Source: Octopus sinensis (lineage: Eukaryota). Taken from it: DNA of 64,000 nucleotides. A program made the translations under genes and the position numbers. Each line of letters begins with the position of its first letter. Within the stretch, counting starts at the first letter, position 1. This document shows positions 53,675 through 64,000 of the stretch, one piece after another. The notes beneath the pieces were generated by a model, which saw only the letters and a list, made by a program, of their open reading frames with translations, had not been told where the DNA came from and ran no database searches. The DNA is taken from positions 94,550,001 to 94,614,000 of the forward strand of contig NC_043002.1 of the NCBI RefSeq assembly GCF_006345805.1, given 5' to 3'.

Positions 53675-54699
53675 TATATATATATATATATATATATATA
53701 GGTGTGTGTGAATGCACATGTATATGTACACACACACGTATATATATGTACATATATATACATATAAATATACATATACACACACATGGGTAGGTGTGGC
53801 TAGGTGTGTGTGTGTATGTATATGTGTGTATATGTGCGCATTGTGCGTGCGTTGTGTGTGTGTGTTGTGTATGTGGAGTACTGTGTGCGGGAGTATATGT
53901 GCGTTCGTGTGCGTGTGTGTGGGTGTGTGTTTGTGCGCGCGTGCGTATGTCTGTGAGCATGAGAGGGAGATAGGATTGAGGTGGAGTGTGTGTGTGTGTG
54001 TGTGAGTGTGTGTGTGTGATTGTGCGTGCGTGCGCGAATTGTAGTGTGTGCGTGCGCGCGCGGGTGTGGGTGTGGTGTGTCTGGTGTGTGGTAGGGTGTG
54101 AGTGCAATGTGTGGCTGTGTGTGAGGGGTGGTGTACGCGGGTGTGTGTGTGTGTGTGTGGTGTGTGGGGAGTGTGTGGTATGTAATAGGGTGTGAAGGGC
54201 GGAATGATATGTATATTTGTATGTTTGTGGGTGTGCGTATGAATATGAGTGTATGTGAGTATATGTATATGTGCATATGAGTGGGTGGTGGCCTCTATGT
54301 GTGTGTGTGTGTGTGTGTGGTCATGCATGTGTATGAGTGTGTATGGAAGTGTGTGTGGGTCGTGTATATATGTGTATGAGTGCATTCGTATGAAGGTGTG
54401 TGGTGTGTGTGTGTGCATATGAAAAATTCCCAAAAATATATAAACAACTTAAAAAATAAAAATATCAGAAAACAAAGGAATATAAAAATAGACTATCATA
54501 AAAAATAAGAAATAATAAAAATAATAAATAATAAATAATAAATAATGAATCGTTATAAGATTATAAGTGCAGGCGTCACCGGAGCAAAACCATTGAAAAA
54601 TGTTCGCCTTGACTAGCATGTGACTGTCACGCATTCCCACGCAGTTTGTTGTTTCACTCGGCTTTCCCTTGCGAGAAAGATATACATACAAACATACAT

Positions 54700-54749
<50 letters not shown>

Positions 54750-56199
54750 TTTCAATTTTTTCTAGGTCAACTGTATTGTTCATCTCTTTGGTGGGATCGA
54801 TGAACTAAAATATAAGACAGGTTTTGGTATCTATAGTGTTGACTACCGTTTCCTTTCGAACGAATTTACCCTGGGAATTATTCTTTTAAAGACTAGTACT
54901 TATTCTATCATATTTATTCTAACGTTGTAACTAACAGCATTAACCTCATGACCACCTTTATTCATGAAAGTAAATGCATACATGAAAACATTTGAAGAAA
55001 AATCCCGATGCCATAAAAGTGTACGTTTTGAACACAAAAGAAGCTAACTTCCTCGTGAAGTGTGGTAGAGGAAGATGAACGTATCTTCTATCTTATTGTT
55101 CTTCGTCAACATCTATTTGAAAGGTGAAGAACTTATCCAAAGTTGTATGAGGTTTAAGGTGCGTCATCTCTTTGTACAGTTCAGTGTAAGAACTGAACTC
55201 ATTCTAGACTCTTCGTGTAATTTTTACTCTACATTCACATATCATTCACACAAGTGTCACAGTCCCATTCCAAATTTAATGTAGAGCTCTACGTGTAGAA
55301 AACTGATAAAGTCACAGATATAGTTGGGCTATAAATACATCAACGATTAGAATCGTTATTAGCAAAAATTTGTCAACCAAAATCCTTTGGCAATATTCCT
55401 TGCATCAATTTAAGTGGAATTCTCGGAATTTCCATATTCTTATTTGTATTTTCAGCCTACTTCTTTTCTCACAGCATCAAACCTTCGATAGCTAAACATT
55501 TACTATGGATCATGAGCAACACAGCTGCATCATCTTCTGTGACTTCTTTAAACCTTACATCTTTCACACAGGTGTCACAGTTCCATTCCGAATTTAATGT
55601 AGATTTCTAAATGTCGAAAACTGATAAAGTCACGGAAACAGTCGGGCTATATATTTTTACAAACATTATTTTTTAATGTAGATTTCTAAATGTCGAAAAC
55701 TGATAAAGTCACGGAAACAGTCGGGCTATATATTTTTACAAGCATTATTCAATGTCGAGGTTTTCATTTCATTCCATGAACCAGCTATGTTATACACAGC
55801 GCTCATTATGCTGAAATCTGTAATTATAGGTTTATCCTCCTTCTAAGTTACTTTCATGAAACGTTTGAAAGTTCTTCTCAGATTATAAGCCTGAAAGTTA
55901 GCTGTCATACATTGATTTATGGCTGGAGCAAAGATATATTCTTGTGAATATATTCTACTCTCATATGTTTTTCTAATTTTGGCACAAGACCAGCCATTTT
56001 GAGAGTATGGAGAAGTCAATTACAGAGGTCCTAGTGCTCAGTGGTTCTTACTTTATCGACCCAGAAAAGAAGAAGGGCAATGACAGCCTCAACTGGATTG
56101 GAACTTAGAACGTAAAGATTCGGAAGAAACGCTGCTAAGCATTTTCTTTTGGCTGTAACAATTCTGCCAGCTTGTCATCTTGTATTCCACCATCATATT

Positions 56200-56570
56200 A
56201 CCAGAAAGCTCATCTAAGTTCCCTGGGTGGTTTGGCGCATTGTCTGAAAAGACCAATACATTGTTTGAAATATATCTGGCACAGTATATCTATACAGCAG
56301 GAAAAAACAGGTACGTGCTTCCAGATAAATGCCGTTTCACCAACATTGTATACTTGTTCTGGTGTGTAGCGCGCTCAAGTAATAATTTTCTTCAGTCGCT
56401 CAGGATAATCAACAGCAACCTTTGTGTCAGCGTTGGCAGCTTCACCAATCATTTTCACGTTGTTCAAATCCAAGCGCTTCTTAAACCATTCAAGCCAGCC
56501 TTTAAAAAAACAGGAAAGATTATTTCGTCGAAAGCTTCAGCTCCGTTATACTGCAAGCCGTCATACATTG
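56200..56570 (-). mobile_element. pogo/Tigger transposase fragment
   Basis: GWLEWFKKRLDLNNVKMIGEAANAD..LKKIIT*ARYTPEQVYNVGETAFIWKHVP (~56500-56308). Confidence 0.85.
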
Positions 56571-56861
56571 GTTTTTATTTTCAATTACCATCTTGATAAT
56601 TGGCATATTACATTGAACCTGATCCTCGATCCATACACTCAAGAGCCGTTCCATTTTAAGCATCATATTAAATATATATATATAAAAGAAAAAGACTCAA
56701 AAGTATAAAAAAGGTTTGAACAATTAATGGATTAGTTTGTTGAACACTTGGCCTAATTTTCTTTCTATTGCCCGTATTTTTCATATGGTAGAAATTGCAA
56801 GCTTTACTGTTTTGGCATTGTGGCTTAGTTTTCTCGGCATCAGACTTTTTTGTTTCTTTTC

Positions 56862-57155
56862 TCCCTCTTCAAGCCTATCCAGGCTCATGGGCCCGGTTTC
56901 TGTGGCGTATGTATTCCCCCCAGCTGGACGGGACGCCAGTCCATCGCAGCGTTACTCAAGAAACAGGAAGAGAGAGTGAGAGAATGTTGTGGCGAAAGAG
57001 TACAACAGGGGTCGCCACGACCCCAACCGAAGACTTGTGGAGCTTTCAGGTGTTTTCGCTCAATAAACACACACAACACCCGGTCTGGGAATCGAAACCG
57101 CGATCCTCCGACCGCGAGTCCGCCGCCCTAACCACTGGGCCATTGCGCCTCCACA
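56862..57155 (-). mobile_element. tRNA-derived SINE (V-domain-like core)
   Basis: Head matches the 4605 SINE; tail matches the 37586 family. Confidence 0.75.
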
Positions 57156-57574
57156 TCAGACTTTTTTCAAACATCAAATTTAATATCCAATGTTATCCTT
57201 CAGATTCAAATGATATCTTCTTTCAAGACTTCTTGAATTGTTGGCAACTGCAACAGCAACAGCCATCAACAATTACAATTATTATCTACAAATAAGTCAT
57301 TAAAAAAAACAACACCAGGAAAGAATTGCTTCTTGATAGCAAACACTTCGTCTTATTCCTATGGCTGAAAGAATGGAAATATGAGGATGACAGAGTGAAC
57401 CAGTGAAGTGTGGGTAGAAGCATTGCAGGATTACAGCTAGTCGAAAGGTTTTCAGGTGCACAACCACTTCGATTCTTGTACCTCTAACTTAAACCCAAAA
57501 AAGTTTACATTGATCACACACAAACACGCGCGATGTATATCTCGCGTGCATGGATATACATCCTGTATGTGTGG

Positions 57575-57730
57575 TATTGGTATTGGTGGTGGTGGTGGTG
57601 ATGGAAGTGGTGATTGTGGTATTGGTGGTGGTGGTGGTGGTGGTGGTGGTGGTGGTAGTGGTGGTGGTGATGGTGGTGGTTGTGGCGGTGGAGGTGATAG
57701 AAGTGGTGGTTGTGGTAGTGGTGGTGGTAT
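57575..57730. repeat. (GGT)n G-rich microsatellite
   Basis: Direct reading. Confidence 0.9.
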
Positions 57731-57777
57731 TCATTTTGCTATTGTTATGATACCAGAGAGTAAAAGCTTTTCTTTAG

Positions 57778-58013
57778 TTTCTATGGATGTAAAAATAAAA
57801 GTAAGAAAATGAAAAAATGAAGGACAACTACAACTGTCCAGCACTTCGTACGTCTCTGGGCCTCATGCAACTTGTACTCAAATCCCTTATCAACCACAAG
57901 GCGGCACTGTTGTACAAACAGTCCCCGTTGAGGACCATAATGCACCACCGGTTGGAAATGATGAGAGCAAACATCATTTTCAGACATACCAGACAGCACC
58001 CACTCCCAAGTAG
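57778..58013 (+). other. Candidate terminal coding exon with one disruption
   Basis: Acceptor gcttttctttag|; then unique sequence encoding EGQLQLSSTSYVSGPHATCTQIPYQPQGGTVVQTVPVEDHNAPPVGNDESKHHFQTYQTAPTPK*; a TGA or 1-bp frameshift lies in an A run at ~57810. Confidence 0.4.
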
Positions 58014-58659
58014 GAGCCATTTTCCGAGGAAAAAAAAGACGATTTGATACTGATGTAACTACAATTTAACTGACCTCATGCAATGTTGAAGTTTACTGTG
58101 AATATTTCAGGAGACAAAACATGGAGAGAGATGGGTTAAATTATCATACTAGATTCATAGATTCTTCCCCTCTTGTGCCTATTACTTAAGTTATAAAATT
58201 TCTACACTGTGCTTTCTCTGACGGAGACACATATGCATATATACACGCACGCACACACACACAATACACGCACATATACACACACACAAATGCAATCACA
58301 CACACACACACACACACATACATACATACATACATACATAATACATACATACATACATACATACATACATACACATTCAGTCTCCTTGACATCCAAAATG
58401 TCTAACTACAGACGTTGCCATCAAGATTGTTGTTGCATTTCAGTTATTCAAATGATGACAGATTGGTAGTGGGGTGGGCAAAGGTTGCATTGTCTTTGTA
58501 AATGATATTGCTGTTGTTTAGGCTGAAACCCATCCTCACTGACTTAAGACCAAAGACATTTCGTTCAACTTTTAAACCACCTTATCTCTTGCCGTTATCT
58601 AATATGTTGCTGTTGAAGATAAACAATGATGGTGGTAATTTGAAAAACAGAAAGACGGA

Positions 58660-59180
<521 letters not shown>

Positions 59181-59518
59181 GCCCCAAAATAAACAAAAAT
59201 TACACAGATATTCATAGGAAAAATTCGTTGGAGATGATAGCAATAGATGCGCAAACACGTACACATTTTAATGTGTGTGAGTTTGTGAGAGTGGTCGTGT
59301 GTGTGAAAGTATGTATGTATATGTATATATATATATACACATACACACACCACACACACATATATATATATATATATATAAGACCAAAGTGTGTGTACAC
59401 CGCTATATATATATATATATATTTGTGTAACATCGGAATTTGTACTCAGAACGTAACGACATACGAAATACCGCTAAGCATTTCGCCCGGCGCGCTAACG
59501 TTTCTGCCAGCTCGCCGC

Positions 59519-59554
<36 letters not shown>

Positions 59555-59557
59555 CTC

Positions 59558-59596
<39 letters not shown>

Positions 59597-59904
59597 CAAA
59601 ATGGGACAAGAATGCAAAACATCCAGATAGACGATACAAAGAAAACAAGGACGGGATATTCGGAGTTTTCTATCCTTAGTCGAATTCCAGATTATCTTTG
59701 CAATTTCGGCTGGTTATACTCGGGATTGCTCCAATCTGGCCTGCCCCAAGAAAAAACTAAGCTAAGACCATTAGATTCCTTGTAAGAAAGCAGTGAATGT
59801 ATACGAAAACAAGGACGAAAAAGAAACATAGAATGTTATATATATATATATATATATATAATTTTAATCCAAACGGGAAAACAAAAAAACAACAACAATG
59901 GAAC

Positions 59905-60700
59905 AATTACAGTATTATTATTAATAGGCGCTCAGGAAATGGAAGCAGGAAGGTATGACGTTTCGAGCGGAGCTCTTCGTCGGAAACATAAAGAAGGAAG
60001 AGAGAGGAAAGAAAGATCCCAAAGCGGGCAACAGGGATAGAGAAAAAAAACGACTGGTGTTTACGAGTTACACATGGTGAAAGGCGGAAGTTTACGATAA
60101 CAAGAGCAAGGTAGGTTTTTAAAGGCAAAAGAGTGGAGACAAGGTTGGTAACGCAACAGATGTGTGTGTATGTGGAGTGTGTGCGTGTGCGTGTGTGTAT
60201 GTGTGTGTGTGAGGCGAGATAAAAAAACAAAAAATATATGTATGTGCTAGTGTGTGCGTATGAGGTAGGGCGAGACAGTGGTCGGCATAGCAGACAATGG
60301 TCAGTAGTAAGAAAAAGAAGGAAGGAGGAAGGGAGGGAGGGGAAGGGGTGGGGGCGTATGTAGCGTGCCAGCGTGTGTTGAGTAGTAGTGTGTGTGTGTG
60401 TCCAGTGTCGTGGTAGTGTTAATGGCGAGTAGATTGAATGTGTGTAAGAGTAATGTATATATTTAAGCAATGTGTGTATATGTGTGCGCGTGTGTGTAAC
60501 AAAAAAGGGGGGGTTAAGGAAAAAGGACTCCAGCTGAGGGGAAGATGGAAGAGTGGTCCAGCGGAGACGGGCGTGGGAAAACCCAACGACAAGCGACGGT
60601 CCCAGGAACGCGCGGGAGGTCTCGTCGGGTCCAAGAGCGAGGTGCCTGCGACGCGTATGCGTGCGCGAACCGGCGCAAGCGCGTGTGTGCGCGCGCCTGC
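59905..60700 (-). mobile_element. PLE-like 3' relic with HHR
   Basis: HHR near the end; upstream minus-strand sequence has a degenerate GIY-YIG C-terminus-like frame (ETSRAFL..). Confidence 0.5.
59953..59990 (-). ncRNA. Minimal hammerhead with CCGACGA(A) core
   Basis: gttt-CCGACGA-A-GAGC(tcc)GCTC-GAAA-C-GTC-atac; loop-less stem III, stem I 3/4 paired. Confidence 0.6.
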
Positions 60701-60813
60701 GAGTATGCGCGTAAGTGTGTATGTGTGTGGATGTGTGAGTGTGTCTGTGTGTATGTCTGGGTGGCAGTGTGTCCGATGAATGTATGTGAGTATGTGTGTA
60801 TATATGTGTGTGC

Positions 60814-60853
<40 letters not shown>

Positions 60854-60954
60854 TATATATAAAAATTTATTAGAGACAAAACCACTATTTTGCAAAACAA
60901 ACAAGGAAAGACTTAATCAATACATAAAATTTTAATAAATAGTCAAAAAAACCG

Positions 60955-60997
60955 CCACTACAATCGTTTCTTGTCTTGATCGACAATCTTCAGGTGG
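60955..60997 (-). ncRNA. Canonical type I hammerhead ribozyme
   Basis: ccac-CTGAAGA-TTGTC(gatcaa)GACAA-GAAA-C-GATT-GTA-gtgg; all three stems pair. Confidence 0.88.
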
Positions 60998-61508
60998 ACT
61001 TCCAATCTAAAAAATCAATATTTTAAAATATAAAAATAATAATTTTAAAATAATTAAAGTATGAATGAAAAATATAAGTATATAATCCATATATAACCTA
61101 TATATAATCCATATATAATCAATATATAAACAATATATAAACTAAAAAAACCTATCAACAATTAAATATAAACTATAAAATATAAAATATAAAATATAAA
61201 ACAAAACAAAAATAATAATAATATAATAATAAACTATATATACAACCCATACACATATACCTAATTATATATAACATATCTAACTACATACACTAAATCA
61301 CACACCTAATATATATCCCTATACATACACATAAAACGTCTAGGCAACTATAAATAAATAAAATAGCTAAATACTTCAACACAATACTTATTCATACTCC
61401 CACACACACACACATACAACCCACATTCACGCTCTAGAAAACGGACATCACTCAAAACTATGAACGGAGAAATGGAATAAATGGAATTAAAAATTATATT
61501 CACTTGGT

Positions 61509-61654
61509 AAAACGAACACTACTTAAAAATATGAATGAAACAATGCAATAAAACAACAGACATCGCAAATCGCAGACACAAATTTGTGTCTATATGCGAT
61601 GTCTGTTGTTTTATTACATTGTTTCATTCATAATTTTTAAGTAGTGTTCGTTTT
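61509..61654. repeat. ~60-bp inverted repeat at the 5' end of the HHR-bearing unit 60880-61570
   Basis: aaaacgaacactac...cagacatcgca / tgcgatgtctg...gtagtgttcgtttt, with an inner hairpin agacaca-aatt-tgtgtct. Confidence 0.88.
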
Positions 61655-61727
61655 TAATCCTAAATCTGATTAAATCCTAAATCTGATTTTTTCCCAGTAA
61701 ATTTGGATTTATCCCTAATATTTATTT

Positions 61728-61759
<32 letters not shown>

Positions 61760-62689
61760 ATATATATTATATATATGCTGTATTCTATACAAAATACACC
61801 TCTGTGTTTGTGATAGCTTTTCACGCAAAAACGGCTGCGCGAATTGCTTCCCTACTTGGGATGCACGAATAATTTTACCTCGATACACACACATTTTACT
61901 TTGTTTACTGTTTTTATTGAAAATAAATAATATTGCTTTATATACATAATTCACCTCTTTAAAAAGGTTTCTCAATATCAACTTCCGGTATTGACGTCGC
62001 AACAGCGAAATTTTCCATTTTCATTTGCGAAATCTCTCACTCTCTATTTCAATGGTTTAATTCGCTATTTGCAAACAACTACGATAAAATAAAGAGAAAT
62101 ATTTACTAAATTCACAAATTTCGCTTGAATCTGCTCACTTCGTTAATTTCCGTAAAAAGTTTTTGTTTATTTACTTTTTGCGCGCCATGTTCAGCTCTAT
62201 GTATTTGTTGCCAGTCACACACGCACGTGTGTTTTTGTATGTACGTTTGTATACATTTATGTATGTGTGTGTGTAAAAGAGAGAGAGAGAGAGAGAGAGA
62301 CGTACATACATAAATACATATGCATACATCTTTTTGTATGTATGTGTGTTTGTGACAGAGAGAGAGAGAGAGAGATGTCTAAATGGTGCTCTCTCTCTCA
62401 CACACACACATACATACAAAAAAAGATGTATGCATATTTATGTATGTACGTATACATGACAACACACCCCTTCACTAGCTCTCACACATGCACGCACGTC
62501 CATTTCATCTGATGTTTGATACTTTATATATGTGTATGTGTGCGCATGCGTGTAGCGTTCCAAAATCACCACTTATTTCAATCACTCTTGTGAAGATATT
62601 TTCGTAACTCATTTTTTCATTTAGTCTCCATTTTAATTTTTAAAGAAGTTTCCGAAAAGGTAGATGATCAGTATTCTGCAGTGAAGCAA

Positions 62690-63516
62690 AGATGAGTACA
62701 GGTAATCAATGGGGACTTCTGCAACCCTGTTAACTCTATCAAGTATGTTTGCAAATATATAAACAAAGGTTTAGATGTTGCAACATACACTCTTATGCAG
62801 AATGTTAGTCAGCAGATAAATAAAAATGCCGAAGTTGCACAATATGACAAAGGAAGGTACATCAGTACCAATGAGGCTTTTTGGCAATCATTCCTATGAA
62901 TGTCCATCTAGAGCAGTGCTTTTCAACCTTTTTGCTGGAGCGGAACCCCAAGGAAATATTCCACTGGCTCCAGGAACCCCTGGGCAATAATTTAATAGTC
63001 TTATGCACACATATCTGCACAGGAGAAATAAAAATGACTGCCGATTTTAGCAGTTTTGTAACTTCTTGCGGAACTCTTGGACTGTACTGGCGGAACCCTG
63101 GTTGAAAACCACTGATCTAGAGAATGGCCACAGGGTTATCTTTACAAAACAAACAGCCTTGCAACAAGCACTTACTCCAAAAGAAACCACCCTTCCTTTT
63201 TAAGTTGTGTCAAGTAGATGAAGATACAAGAAAACTCCTTTACCCACAATTACCCATGTATTACACCTGGAGAAAAAATAAATGGCACAAGAGGAAAGGT
63301 GGGGCTGATGCTCTTACAAGAGTTTACAGTGTCCACCTAAGCCAAGCTGAATGCTACTACTTACGGTTCCTTTTGCATGAAGTAGTTGGTCCCAAACCAT
63401 TCCAAGATTTGAGGAGGGTAATTGGTCATGTGTGTAAAACTTATAGGGAGGCATGCTATCAACAAGGTTTTTTAGAAAATTATGAGCATTGGGACCTTGC
63501 ATTTACTGAAGCATAG
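62690..63516 (+). pseudogene. Helitron Rep/helicase polyprotein fragment
   Basis: NSIKYVCKYINKG, GRYISTNEAFW, VHLENGHRVIF (after removing the MITE), LLYPQLPMYYTW, ECYYLRFLLHEVVGP, TYREAC..GFLE..HW. Confidence 0.9.
62914..63114. mobile_element. 201-bp hAT (Charlie-like) MITE
   Basis: TIR cagtgcttttcaacc / ggttgaaaaccactg; 8-bp TSD atctagag at 62906-62913 and 63115-63122. Confidence 0.93.
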
Positions 63517-63600
63517 TATCAGATTCTCCAAGGGAACTCTGTAACCTTTTTGTAATTATACTGAACATGAGTCAACTTTTCGGCGAAAATTTTCGAAGAA

Positions 63601-63746
63601 TCACAAGGCCAGCGGTGACAAATTCAAAAAGTATGGAAGGTCAGCGGTGCCAAAATCACAAAGTATGGAAAGCCAGCGGTGCTAAAATCACAAAGTATGG
63701 AAGGCCAGCGGTGCCAAAATTACAAAGTATGGAAGGCCAGCGGTGA
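63601..63746. repeat. 32-bp minisatellite, ~4 copies
   Basis: Unit aaagtatggaaggccagcggtgccaaaatcac starting at 63628, 63660, 63692 and 63724. Confidence 0.9.
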
Positions 63747-63995
63747 AAAATTTTCGAAAACTTTTTGGGGAAAATTTTCGCTGAAAATTCACGAAGAATT
63801 TTCGGGAAAATTTGGACAAAAGTTTTCAAAAGATTTTTGGGTAAAATTTTCGGTGAAAATTTTTGAGTAAAATTTTCGTTGAAAATTTTCGAAAAATTTT
63901 TGAGTAAAATTTTCGAAAAATTTTTCGAGAAAATTTTCGCTAAAAATTTTCGAAATATTTTTGTGGAAAATTTTCGGTGAAAATTTTGGAAAATC
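63747..63995. repeat. Array of self-complementary AAAATTTT motifs with ~11-13-bp spacing
   Basis: Repeated (g)aaaatttt(c/t/g) blocks to the end of the window. Confidence 0.85.
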
Positions 63996-64000
63996 TAACA

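Noticed and set aside
59590-59800. Type II hammerhead reading on the minus strand (GAAA before CTAAGGA)
   Set aside because: The core is mutated and stems I and II do not pair.
63601-63746. 32-bp repeats as a CRISPR array
   Set aside because: Units are head-to-tail with no unique spacers, in eukaryotic DNA with no cas genes.

Overview
AT-rich, microsatellite-saturated eukaryotic DNA with no intact protein-coding gene. The tRNA-derived SINE families and repeat mix suggest an octopus (coleoid cephalopod) intronic or intergenic region; this is an inference. Most ORFs in the supplied track are microsatellite read-through. Recognisable contents are: mariner elements (one full-length with TIRs and TA TSD), hAT, pogo/Tigger and Helitron remnants; CR1, RTE and R4/Dong-type (RLE) LINE fragments; many SINEs; and several MITE/foldback elements, some with clear TSDs. 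There is also a 5'-truncated Penelope-like element (PLE; RT + GIY-YIG) bounded by ~300-bp inverted pseudo-LTRs, and one candidate orphan terminal exon. The most notable signal is about eleven type I hammerhead-ribozyme (HHR) motifs from roughly ten different sequence contexts. Four are near-canonical, two carry a CCGACGA core, three share an unusual 8-nt-core/U17 layout and two are decayed. Most sit in PLE-like or retrozyme-like units ending in (TA)n or (TACA)n tracts. One 428-bp HHR unit is a partial tandem with a chimeric 5' inversion. A separate ~550-bp non-coding element abuts (TAA)n tracts in all five copies, and RLE LINE relics also occur in the window. Coordinates were hand-counted and may be off by a few bases. 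No folding, alignment or database search was run.
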